From positions 1-15,982 of the forward strand of contig JBJMMA010000205.1 of assembly GCA_045805065.1 (NCBI GenBank): a stretch of DNA of 15,982 bases, read 5' to 3'. Source of the stretch: Bdellovibrionia bacterium (GTDB lineage: Bacteria; Bdellovibrionota; UBA1018). Of this stretch, positions 1 to 8,733 are shown piece after piece; position 1 is the stretch's first letter; each line of letters starts with the position of its first letter. The position numbers were made by a program, and so were the translations under genes. The notes below the pieces were generated by a model. That model was not told the DNA's origin, did no database searches, and was given only the letters and a program-made list of their open reading frames with translations.

Positions 1-90
1 AATGATGCGATGAGCGTGAGCTGCATAGCAGCCCGCTTGGATTCATGGCTGTTCGCTCAGGCGGCACGGGCACGCGCATTGTATGTTCAA

Positions 91-1953
91 ATGACTCTTC
101 AACAGCACGTCAGCTCAAGTCGATCCGATATTCATCCCAATCCACAATTTCGCCGCCCCGAGTGGCAGTCCCTGAACGGGCCCTGGCGATTTGCTTATGA
201 CGACAGAATGGAGTTTCATATTCCTTCTGAAGTAAAGGCATGGACTCATACGATCGAAGTGCCGTTTGCTCCAGAAGCTCAACTGAGCGGCATTGGCGAT
301 CAGAGCTTTCATCGCTGTTGCTGGTATCAAAGAGAGTTCTCAGCCAATGCTGGCGATGGTTTGATGATGGTGCACTTTGGAGCGGTGGATTATTCGTGCC
401 GTGTCTGGGTGAACGATCACTTTGTGGGTTCGCACGAAGGGGGCCACTCCCCGTTTACTTTTGATATCACGCCCTATCTGAATGATGGAGATCAACAGAC
501 CATCACGGTCTGCGCGAATGACGATCCCGCGGATTTAGCCAAGCCAAGAGGAAAGCAAGACTGGCAACTCGAGCCGCACAGTATCTGGTATCCTCGCACG
601 ACAGGCATCTGGCAAACGGTCTGGCTTGAAAGAGTTCCAAAAGTTTATATCGATCGCATCCGCTGGACGCCGCATCTGGAGCGCTGGGAGATTGGATGCG
701 AGACTCATATTTCGGGTGCGACAAACCCTAAGGATCGGCTTGAGCTCAGGGTGAAAATGACCCAGGGGGAGCATTTGCTCGCCAACGATTCCTATCAGGT
801 GATCCTGGGTGAGGTGACGAGAAGAATAGTTCTTTCTGACCCTGGAATCGATGACTTTCGAAACGAGCTTCTCTGGAGTCCTGAAAGACCTACTCTCATT
901 CAATGCGTAGTTCAGCTCTGTAGAGAGGGTCAGGTTATTGATGAAGTTCATTCGTATACGGCTCTTCGGAGCGTGGGAGTCAGCCGCGATCGCTTCATGC
1001 TCAATGGCCGGCCTTACTATCTGAGATTGGTCCTGGACCAGGGATATTGGCCCGAGAGCTTAATGACCGCTCCAACAACCGAGGCGTTCAAAAAAGACAT
1101 CGAACTTACCAAAGCCATGGGCTTTAACGGAGTCCGAAAACATCAAAAGGTCGAGGATCCTGTCTATCTCTACTATGCGGACCTTTTCGGGCTTCTTGTC
1201 TGGGAAGAGATGCCCAGCGCGTATCGCTTCACTCATGACGCCACGGAAAGGATCATCAAGGAATGGACTGAAGTCATCGATCGCGACTACAGTCATCCTT
1301 GCATTATTACATGGGTGCCATTTAATGAATCCTGGGGTGTGCCTGACCTGGCTGAAAAGGTGGAGCATCAGTCCTGCGTTCAGGCCCTCTATCATCTGAC
1401 TCGTACGCTGGACCCAACTCGACCTGTCATCGGAAATGATGGCTGGGAGAGCACTGCAACTGACATCATCGGAATCCACGATTACGACGCCAATCCAGAG
1501 CGAATGGCAAAGCGCTACGGCCCAGAGATGACGACCGCGGATATTCTCGGGCGTCGCCGTCCCGCCGGAAGGCTACTCACGATCGAGGGTCATCCTCATC
1601 GCGGGCAACCGATTATGCTCACTGAGTTTGGCGGAATCGCATTTGCGAAAAAGGAAGGCGATCAGGAAAATCGGATGTGGGGTTACTCGGTCTCGCAATC
1701 TGTGAACGAATTCCAGACGCAGTATCAGAATCTGCTGACTGCGGTGAACCAGATCGAGTTCTTCAGCGGGTTCTGCTACACGCAGTTGACTGATACGTTC
1801 CAGGAGGTCAATGGTCTTCTTTTTCCCGATCGTACTCCAAAAGTCAGCGTGCAGGCGATCGCAGCAGCGACGCTCGGAACTGGCTTTGAGCGCGAAGAGC
1901 GTGTGGCCAATATCGTTGGAGTAAACAATCCGCTCCTTTTAGGAAATGCATGA
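91..1953 (+). CDS. Glycoside hydrolase family 2 (beta-galactosidase/glucuronidase-like, possibly beta-galactofuranosidase)
   Basis: The ORF is open from 10. ATG at 91 (MTLQQH) is preferred because the family-like sequence starts at HPNPQFRRPEWQSLNGPWRF. It has the sugar-binding domain motifs HFGAVDY and HEGG, plus RGKQ, GIWQTVWLE and LDQGYWP. The acid/base motif is WVPFNESWG and the nucleophile-type motif is LTEFGG. No signal peptide is evident. The start is uncertain. Confidence 0.92.
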   Translation: MTLQQHVSSSRSDIHPNPQFRRPEWQSLNGPWRFAYDDRMEFHIPSEVKAWTHTIEVPFAPEAQLSGIGDQSFHRCCWYQREFSANAGDGLMMVHFGAVDYSCRVWVNDHFVGSHEGGHSPFTFDITPYLNDGDQQTITVCANDDPADLAKPRGKQDWQLEPHSIWYPRTTGIWQTVWLERVPKVYIDRIRWTPHLERWEIGCETHISGATNPKDRLELRVKMTQGEHLLANDSYQVILGEVTRRIVLSDPGIDDFRNELLWSPERPTLIQCVVQLCREGQVIDEVHSYTALRSVGVSRDRFMLNGRPYYLRLVLDQGYWPESLMTAPTTEAFKKDIELTKAMGFNGVRKHQKVEDPVYLYYADLFGLLVWEEMPSAYRFTHDATERIIKEWTEVIDRDYSHPCIITWVPFNESWGVPDLAEKVEHQSCVQALYHLTRTLDPTRPVIGNDGWESTATDIIGIHDYDANPERMAKRYGPEMTTADILGRRRPAGRLLTIEGHPHRGQPIMLTEFGGIAFAKKEGDQENRMWGYSVSQSVNEFQTQYQNLLTAVNQIEFFSGFCYTQLTDTFQEVNGLLFPDRTPKVSVQAIAAATLGTGFEREERVANIVGVNNPLLLGNA

Positions 1954-3032
1954 ACGAGATTGAAACAAAACTCAAAATGATCAGGACCTTTCTTGAGCAA
2001 AGCCCATGCGCTGCCGTGCGGCTTCGTGGCGTGGATTGGTTCAGCTGGTGTACGGGTGGTGGGACCAATCGCATGCTTCTGAGCGCGGAGACGGGCGTTG
2101 CTGAAGTACTAGTGACTGAAAAAGAGGCTTGGATTCTGACGGACATCATTGAAGCTGATCGACTCAGGAATGAGCAAATTCCTGCAGGGTTTGAGATCTG
2201 GATCGGACCTTGGCAAGATTCTGATAAGCGCGAGAAATTTGTATCGGAGCTTTCCGGAAGAGCCCTGGTTGCATCAGATCGCCCTGTGGCGCATGAAAGA
2301 GCGCTTGGAAACGATCTCATTCGAGCAAAGCGTCGTTTACTTCCTGAGGAAATCGAGCGCTTCAAGCAGCTTGGACGTGATGCTGCTGAAGCCATGACAG
2401 AAGCTCTCTCGCTTGCGCAGCCAAATTGGAGCGAGTTTGAGCTCGCGGGACAGGCAAGCCTGGCGCTTCAAAAACGAGGGATTGATCCAGCATTGGTTCA
2501 AGTGGGAGGTAGCGAGCGAATCAATGCGTATCGACACCTTTTACCGACAGATAAGAAAATCGGCAACCGCGCGATGATGGCGTTTTGTGCGAGAAGGCAC
2601 GGTCTTTACGCCAGTCTCACTCGGTATGTGTTTTTTGATAAGCCTACTTTAAGTCAGCGCAGAAGCTTTGAGGATGTGGCGCAGATTGAGTGCGTCACCT
2701 TGAATGCGTCTCGTCCGGGAGCCGCACTTGATCAGATCTACCATCAACTGACCAGCGCCTACACTCAGCATGCCTATCAAAGCGAGATTAATAAACACCA
2801 TCAGGGCGGTACGACGGGATATTTAGCACGAGAAGTGATCGCTCAACCCAGTTCAAAAGAGCTGATCGAAGCCAATACCGCGATTGCATGGAATCCAAGT
2901 CTAGTGGGCGCAAAGATCGAGGATACCTTTTTATCTACGGACCAAGGTCTTGAGCTTCTGACGCTGGATTCGAACTGGCCAACTATCGAAGTCGATGGGA
3001 GAAAGCGTCCTGACATATGGGTGAGAACATGA
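1950..3032 (+). CDS. M24 (Xaa-Pro peptidase/creatinase) fold protein with degenerate metal site
   Basis: 360 aa, ATGA overlap with the GH2 stop. Pita-bread fold landmarks are LLPEEIERF, WSEFELAG, GLYASLTR, HHQGGTTGY, WNPS and KIEDT. Most metal ligands are substituted. Confidence 0.85.
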   Translation: MNEIETKLKMIRTFLEQSPCAAVRLRGVDWFSWCTGGGTNRMLLSAETGVAEVLVTEKEAWILTDIIEADRLRNEQIPAGFEIWIGPWQDSDKREKFVSELSGRALVASDRPVAHERALGNDLIRAKRRLLPEEIERFKQLGRDAAEAMTEALSLAQPNWSEFELAGQASLALQKRGIDPALVQVGGSERINAYRHLLPTDKKIGNRAMMAFCARRHGLYASLTRYVFFDKPTLSQRRSFEDVAQIECVTLNASRPGAALDQIYHQLTSAYTQHAYQSEINKHHQGGTTGYLAREVIAQPSSKELIEANTAIAWNPSLVGAKIEDTFLSTDQGLELLTLDSNWPTIEVDGRKRPDIWVRT

Positions 3033-4096
3033 AAACAGTGATTGCCAGCGCTCCAGGAAGAGTCAATCTGATTGGCGAGCATACCGATTACAATGCAGGT
3101 TTTGTTTTGCCGACGCCGATTCCACAGTCAACCCGGGTTCAATTACGCGTTCGAAATGATCGGATCATCAGTTTGAGAAGCTCTCTCAGCCCTGAAGCAT
3201 CGCAGGGAATGCAATACGAACTTGAGAGTGAAAAGCCCGGTAGAGGATGGATTGATTACGTCCAAGGGGTTACCCACATATTGCGCGCCGAAGGATTTCC
3301 TATTTCAGGCTTTGATATTCGAATTGATTCTGATGTTCCGGTTGGGAGCGGCCTCTCCTCGAGTGCAGCGCTGGAAGTTGCGCTGATGCGGGCGATCCGG
3401 GAGGCTTTCGCGCTGAACCTGGATGACGTGACGATTGCAAAGCTTGGGCAGCGCGTGGAAAACGAGTTTGTCGGCGCGCGGGTTGGAATCATGGACCAAA
3501 TGGCCTCCAGCGTCGGACGTCCTGGCGAGGCGCTCTTTCTGGATTGCAGGGATTTGTCGTATCGTCGCGTTCCATTGCCCTTCAAGAAACTGGACCTCGT
3601 AGTCATTCACTCGGGTGTGTCTCATGGACATGCTGGAGGCGAGTATAATACGCGGCGCGCTCAGTGCGAGGAAGCTTGTCGTACCCTGGGCGTGCAGAGT
3701 TTGCGCGAACTGAGTGAAGCAGACATTCCTAGAATGGAGAGTCTTTTGACAGAACGCCTCCTGCGACGTGCGCGACATGTTGTTACCGAAAATGCACGAG
3801 TGCTTCGGGCTGTTGCTGCGATTGAGTCAGGTGACGCAGAACAGCTTGGACAGCTTTTCTATGCTTCTCATAACTCGATGAGAGACGATTATGAAGTGAC
3901 TGTCCCTGAGATCGATCTTCTTGTGCAACTAGCGTCACAAGATTCGGAAGTCTTCGGTGCTCGCATGACTGGCGGCGGATTTGGCGGTTCTGTAGTGGTG
4001 TTGACCCATCCCAAACGCGGACAGGAAGTCGCGCGTCGAATTGTCAGTTCATATGATGCTGCAACAGGACGTTCTGGTTTAGCACTGGTTTCGTAG
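3029..4096 (+). CDS. galK: Galactokinase (GHMP kinase)
   Basis: Galactokinase signature APGRVNLIGEHTDYNAGFVLP, ATP motif PVGSGLSSSAA, GIMDQ and GARMTGGGFGG. ATG at 3029 overlaps the upstream TGA (ATGA). Confidence 0.95.
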   Translation: MKTVIASAPGRVNLIGEHTDYNAGFVLPTPIPQSTRVQLRVRNDRIISLRSSLSPEASQGMQYELESEKPGRGWIDYVQGVTHILRAEGFPISGFDIRIDSDVPVGSGLSSSAALEVALMRAIREAFALNLDDVTIAKLGQRVENEFVGARVGIMDQMASSVGRPGEALFLDCRDLSYRRVPLPFKKLDLVVIHSGVSHGHAGGEYNTRRAQCEEACRTLGVQSLRELSEADIPRMESLLTERLLRRARHVVTENARVLRAVAAIESGDAEQLGQLFYASHNSMRDDYEVTVPEIDLLVQLASQDSEVFGARMTGGGFGGSVVVLTHPKRGQEVARRIVSSYDAATGRSGLALVS

Positions 4097-4199
4097 GCGT
4101 TGTATTCATTTGAATTCAAGTCCTGGTCTCGAGCTGGCGGGCAGCTGGCACAAAGAGTGAAGATTAGCCCCCGCGTTCAGAAGCGCAGGGGACAACTTT

Positions 4200-5351
4200 A
4201 TGAACTCGAGACAACAACAAAAATGCGATCTGATTGTATTATCTCACCTTCGCTGGGACTTTGTCTTTCAGCGTCCGCAACATCTATTGACACGATTTGG
4301 AAAGCACACACGTGTGTTCTTTGTTGAAGAGCCGGTCTTCGACACTGAAATTCCTGGCCTCGAGGTACTACCAAGGCAGACGGGTGTTTGGCGAATCGTT
4401 CCTCATCTTCCTCAGGTGGACGACGAAGCCGCGCTTCATGATCTTCTGGGAGGCATGATCAATCGCCTGATCTCAGAACAAAGCATCGATGAGTACGCTC
4501 TTTGGTACTACACGCCAATGGCAATGCCTTTTACGCGCCATCTCACGCCATCCGCAGTCGTTTATGATTGCATGGATGAGCTTTCACTTTTCAAAGGTGC
4601 GCATCCTGAGCTCCTCAATTATGAAAACGAGCTTCTTGATCTGGCCGATATCGTATTCACAGGTGGCCATAGCCTCTATGAGTTTAAAAAGGATAGGCAT
4701 CCGAACGTTCACTCGTTCCCAAGCAGCATCGATTATCATCACTTCTTCCAGGCCCGCTCCAGCGCGATGACTGATCCAGAAGATCAGCGCAACATTCCTC
4801 GTCCTCGTATGGGATTCTTTGGCGTGATCGATGAGCGAATGGATATCAACCTTCTTGCCGGCGTCGCCAAAGCAAGGCCTGATTGGCAATTTGTGATTTT
4901 GGGACCGGTGGTGAAGATCAATCCGGACTCACTCCCCAGATATGAAAACATTCACTATCTGGGACAAAAAAGCTACGCGGAGCTGCCATCCTATATCGGC
5001 GGCTGGGATGTGGCTTTGATGCCTTTCGCCAAAAATGAGTCCACACGTTTCATCAGCCCTACGAAAACTCCCGAATACCTTGCAGCCGGAAGACCTGTGG
5101 TCTCGACGTCCATTCGTGATGTGGTTCGCCCTTACGGCGAGAATGAGCTCGTGTTCATTGCAGACACCCTAGACGACTATGTTCGTGCGATTGAGTCTGC
5201 GCTTGAACTCAAAAGTGGAAACACATCTTGGCGCGAAAAAGTGGATTCATTCCTTGCTCAAACGTCCTGGGACAAGACCTGGCATCAGATGTCAGAGCTT
5301 CTCCAGACCGCAATCACCAGGAATTCGGCGCTCAAACTCGAAGCTTCGTGA
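4200..5351 (+). CDS. GT-B fold glycosyltransferase (GT4-like, type commonly linked to glf)
   Basis: 383 aa with motifs SHLRWDFVFQRPQHL, VYDCMDELS, GFFGVIDERMD and ISPTKTPEYLAAGRPVVST. SD-like AGGGGA at 4187-4192. Confidence 0.9.
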   Translation: MNSRQQQKCDLIVLSHLRWDFVFQRPQHLLTRFGKHTRVFFVEEPVFDTEIPGLEVLPRQTGVWRIVPHLPQVDDEAALHDLLGGMINRLISEQSIDEYALWYYTPMAMPFTRHLTPSAVVYDCMDELSLFKGAHPELLNYENELLDLADIVFTGGHSLYEFKKDRHPNVHSFPSSIDYHHFFQARSSAMTDPEDQRNIPRPRMGFFGVIDERMDINLLAGVAKARPDWQFVILGPVVKINPDSLPRYENIHYLGQKSYAELPSYIGGWDVALMPFAKNESTRFISPTKTPEYLAAGRPVVSTSIRDVVRPYGENELVFIADTLDDYVRAIESALELKSGNTSWREKVDSFLAQTSWDKTWHQMSELLQTAITRNSALKLEAS

Positions 5352-5365
5352 GCAGGAACCCAAGC

Positions 5366-7627
5366 ATGAAAAAAATTGAAATCTGGGGTGGTGTCGAGTG
5401 CACATATAATCGTGTAGGCGACACTTACTTTGATCAATTGAAGTATAATGGTCATGATCACCGCATTGAGGATCTGGATCGCTTTGCTGAATACGGTTTT
5501 ACGGCATTGCGATACCCGTTCATCTGGGAGCGGATCGCCCCCAATGGCCTGAATAGCGTGGATTGGTCATGGGCCGATGCCAGGCTCAAGCGCCTTAAAG
5601 AACTCAACATTCGTCCGATCGCTGGCTTTGTGCATCACGGAAGCGGTCCAAGAGATACCAGTCTTCTGGATCCGGATTTTGGCCCTAAGCTCTCCAAGTA
5701 CGCAGCACTTTTTGCCCAACGCTATCCGTGGGTCGAGGACTACACTCCAATCAATGAACAATTCACAACCGCGCGTTTCAGTGCGCTGTACGGCGTCTGG
5801 TATCCTCACGCGAAAGATAATTTAAGCTGCTTTCGTGCTCTGATGAACGAGTGCCGGGGAACGATTCTCTCCATGCGAGAGATCAGAAAAGTAAATCCCA
5901 AGGCGCGTCTCATTCAAACTGACGATCTTGGGAAGGCTTCAGGAACTGCCATTACCCAACATCAGGTCGACTACGAGAACGAGCGGCGGTGGATCGGTTG
6001 GGATCTCTTGTGTGGTCGGGTGAACCCGGAACACTTCATGTGGAAGCATCTTTTGAACTTTGGTGTTCAGGAGCACGAGCTTCGCTGGTTTGAGGAAAAT
6101 GCTTGTCCACCCGATATTCTGGGAATCAACCACTATCCGCTCAGTAACCGTCATCTCGATGAGAGAATGGAGCGCTATCCTGCCTGGTCTCACGGTGGGA
6201 ATGGACGCGATACCTACGCGGATGTGGAGTCTGTAAGAATCGCCGACGCAAGCTTCATTTCTCCTGAGACCATCTTCCGGGAAGCCTGGCAGCGTTATCA
6301 GATTCCCATCGCCATTACTGAAGTTCACATCGATGCGGCAAGAGAAGACCAGATGCGCTGGTATCAAGAGATCTGGTCCAGTGCTCAACGATTGAATGAG
6401 GAAGGCGCCGATATCCGGGCTATCACGGCCTGGGGACTTCTTGGCCACTTTGACTGGCATTGTCTGGTCTCGCGCTGCGAAGGGTACTACGAATCCGGAG
6501 TATTTGATCTCCGTTCGCCTAAGCCACGGCCTACAGCGCTGGCGAAGATGCTTCATTCGCTGTCGACGTACCAAGAATATCAGCACCCACTTCTGAGCGT
6601 GCCTGGTTGGTGGCGTCGCCCCGATCGTATCCGGCATCCTCAGCAAGTGCCATCATTTGAGCCATCCAGCTCGGAAAGCTACGGCAATCCACTGAGCGCG
6701 AACGGTCGGCGCGCACGGCCGATTCTGATCACGGGCGCAACAGGCACACTGGGAAATGCTTTTGCGAGAATCTGCGAAAGGCGTGGAATTCCTTATCGCC
6801 TGGTCTCAAGACAACAGATGGACATCAGTGATCCGCAGAGTATTCAAAAGATGCTTGAGGCTGAAAAACCCTGGGCAGTCATCAATACGGCAGGGTACGT
6901 TCGTGTTGATCAAGCAGAGTCGGACGCCGATCGATGTTTCCGCGAGAACGTCGATGGACCTGCAAATCTTGCTCATGCATGCGCGGATCGTAACATCCGA
7001 TTTGTGCACTTCTCGTCGGATCTCGTGTTCGATGGAGAGTCTGATCGCCCTTATGTTGAGAGTAGTGCCACATCGCCACTCAGCGTTTACGGGCAAACCA
7101 AGGTGGCTTCAGAGAGCGCGGTTCTTCGGGCCCACGTTGATTCGTTGGTCATTCGAACGAGCGCATTTTTTGGCCCATGGGACGAACACAACTTCTTGCA
7201 TCATGCACTCAGTACTTTGGTCAAAGGAGCGCCATTCTACGCCGCAGCCAACGTATCGGTATCTCCGACCTATGTACCGGACTTGGTGGATACCACGCTT
7301 AATCTTCTCATCGATGGTGAGCGCGGCATCTGGCATCTGGCAAATCCAGGAGAGATCAGTTGGGCGGATTTGGCGAAAGAGGCCGCGAAAGAAGCAAAGC
7401 TTGATCCTTCAAGTGTGATCAGCCGGCCAGCAAACAGCATGGATTGGATCGCGCCTCGGCCCAAATACAGTGTTTTAGGAAGTGAGCGAGGAGTGCTCCT
7501 TCCCACCTTGGATCGCGCTCTCGCGCGTTATTTCGAAGAAAGTCAATGGAGGACACAGAGATGGCAAAGAAACGGATTGGATTCGCAGGAGCAGGATTCG
7601 CATGCGCAGTCCTCGCGCGTGAGTTAG
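5366..7627 (+). CDS. Fusion of an N-terminal GH1-like beta-glycosidase and a C-terminal RmlD-like (dTDP-4-dehydrorhamnose reductase family) SDR
   Basis: ATG at 5366 follows AGGA. The GH1-like part (~5366-6630) has LRYPFIWERI, TPINEQ (acid/base), GINHYP and ITEVH (nucleophile). The SDR part (~6716 onward) has ILITGATGTLG, INTAGYVRVDQAE, FSSDLVFDG, YGQTK (YxxxK) and SPTYVPDL. It is a single uninterrupted frame. Confidence 0.9.
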   Translation: MKKIEIWGGVECTYNRVGDTYFDQLKYNGHDHRIEDLDRFAEYGFTALRYPFIWERIAPNGLNSVDWSWADARLKRLKELNIRPIAGFVHHGSGPRDTSLLDPDFGPKLSKYAALFAQRYPWVEDYTPINEQFTTARFSALYGVWYPHAKDNLSCFRALMNECRGTILSMREIRKVNPKARLIQTDDLGKASGTAITQHQVDYENERRWIGWDLLCGRVNPEHFMWKHLLNFGVQEHELRWFEENACPPDILGINHYPLSNRHLDERMERYPAWSHGGNGRDTYADVESVRIADASFISPETIFREAWQRYQIPIAITEVHIDAAREDQMRWYQEIWSSAQRLNEEGADIRAITAWGLLGHFDWHCLVSRCEGYYESGVFDLRSPKPRPTALAKMLHSLSTYQEYQHPLLSVPGWWRRPDRIRHPQQVPSFEPSSSESYGNPLSANGRRARPILITGATGTLGNAFARICERRGIPYRLVSRQQMDISDPQSIQKMLEAEKPWAVINTAGYVRVDQAESDADRCFRENVDGPANLAHACADRNIRFVHFSSDLVFDGESDRPYVESSATSPLSVYGQTKVASESAVLRAHVDSLVIRTSAFFGPWDEHNFLHHALSTLVKGAPFYAAANVSVSPTYVPDLVDTTLNLLIDGERGIWHLANPGEISWADLAKEAAKEAKLDPSSVISRPANSMDWIAPRPKYSVLGSERGVLLPTLDRALARYFEESQWRTQRWQRNGLDSQEQDSHAQSSRVS

Positions 7628-8718
7628 CGCAAACTGGCAACTTTGAGTGCGTTGTATTTGATGAGCGAAACCATGTTGCAGGAAATTGCCACACGTCACG
7701 TGATGCCTCGACCGGAGTCATGGTGCATGAGTATGGCCCTCATATCTTCAATACGAGCCGCGAGGACGTATGGGAGTATGTGAACCGCTGGACTAAGTTC
7801 GGCCCTTACGTCAACCGAGTCAAGGCCGTGACCGAGCGTGGGGTATACTCGCTTCCAATCAATCTTCTGACGATCAATCAGTTTTTTGATAAGCGCATGA
7901 ACCCCGCGGAAGCTCGCGAGTTCATCGCATCGCTCGGAGATTCAACGATAGCCGAGCCTGAAAGCTTCGAAGAGCAGGCGCTCAAATTCGTGGGCCGTGA
8001 GCTTTATGAGAATTTTTTCCTGGGCTACACAAAAAAGCAGTGGGGTGTGGATCCTAAGCGACTTCCAGCCGCTATTTTGAAGCGCCTACCTGTTCGCTTT
8101 AATTATGATGATGGCTACTTCAATCAAAAATATCAGGGCATTCCACTCGATGGATACACTGCTATCGTCGAAAAGATCTTGGACTGCCCAGGAATCGAAG
8201 TGAAACTCGGAACCCGGTTCGATCCTAAATCTAAAGACGAATACGATCACGTTTTCTGGAGCGGCCCTCTGGATGCGTATTTTGACTATAAGCTCGGTCG
8301 TCTTGGATATCGCACGCTTGTGTTCGAAAAGCTCCGGGCAAAGGGCGACTATCAAGGCAATGCAGTCATTAATTACTGCGAAGAGAAGGTGCCTTTTACC
8401 CGCATTTCCGAGCATAAGCACTTTACGCCCTGGGAAGAGCACGAAAACACGATCTGTTTCAAGGAATTCAGCAAGCTCGCCGAGGAAGGCGATGTGCCTT
8501 ACTATCCTCTGCGCCTGAACGATGACAAAGCGATTCTTCAGGACTATGTGAGACTTGCCGAGTCTGAAGAGAAAGTTACTTTCTGCGGACGCCTGGGAAC
8601 CTATCGATATCTCGATATGCATCAGGTGATCGGAGAGTCATTGGATCTTGCTCAGATGTGCCTTCGCACAAATCTGGAAACGAGTCGCTGGCCAAGCTTC
8701 AGCGTCCGCCCGCTCTAG
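7561..8718 (+). CDS. glf: UDP-galactopyranose mutase family flavoenzyme
   Basis: FAD-binding GAGFA, RNHVAGNCH, HEYGPHIF, YTKKQWG, RLPVR, YQGIP, RISEHKHF, YYP and GRLGTYRYLDM. GGAGG at 7548-7552 supports ATG 7561, which overlaps the upstream gene by 67 nt. Confidence 0.95.
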   Translation: MAKKRIGFAGAGFACAVLARELAQTGNFECVVFDERNHVAGNCHTSRDASTGVMVHEYGPHIFNTSREDVWEYVNRWTKFGPYVNRVKAVTERGVYSLPINLLTINQFFDKRMNPAEAREFIASLGDSTIAEPESFEEQALKFVGRELYENFFLGYTKKQWGVDPKRLPAAILKRLPVRFNYDDGYFNQKYQGIPLDGYTAIVEKILDCPGIEVKLGTRFDPKSKDEYDHVFWSGPLDAYFDYKLGRLGYRTLVFEKLRAKGDYQGNAVINYCEEKVPFTRISEHKHFTPWEEHENTICFKEFSKLAEEGDVPYYPLRLNDDKAILQDYVRLAESEEKVTFCGRLGTYRYLDMHQVIGESLDLAQMCLRTNLETSRWPSFSVRPL

Positions 8719-8733
8719 AAAGGATTAAGGACC

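Noticed and set aside
68..83. Sigma-54-like GGGCACGCGCATTGTA
   Set aside because: The -12 is GT rather than GC, and the predicted TSS would fall after ATG 91.
10..90. N-terminal extension of the GH2 ORF as a signal peptide
   Set aside because: It has no hydrophobic core and no family similarity, so it is probably upstream sequence.
5228..5365. Longer start for the GH1-RmlD fusion
   Set aside because: It overlaps the GT gene by over 120 nt. ATG 5366 has an SD and sits at the domain start.
5939..6646. 235-aa minus-strand ORF and other long shadow ORFs (1844-2395, 6756-7418, 8086-8622)
   Set aside because: They lie within well-supported genes and show no recognisable motifs.
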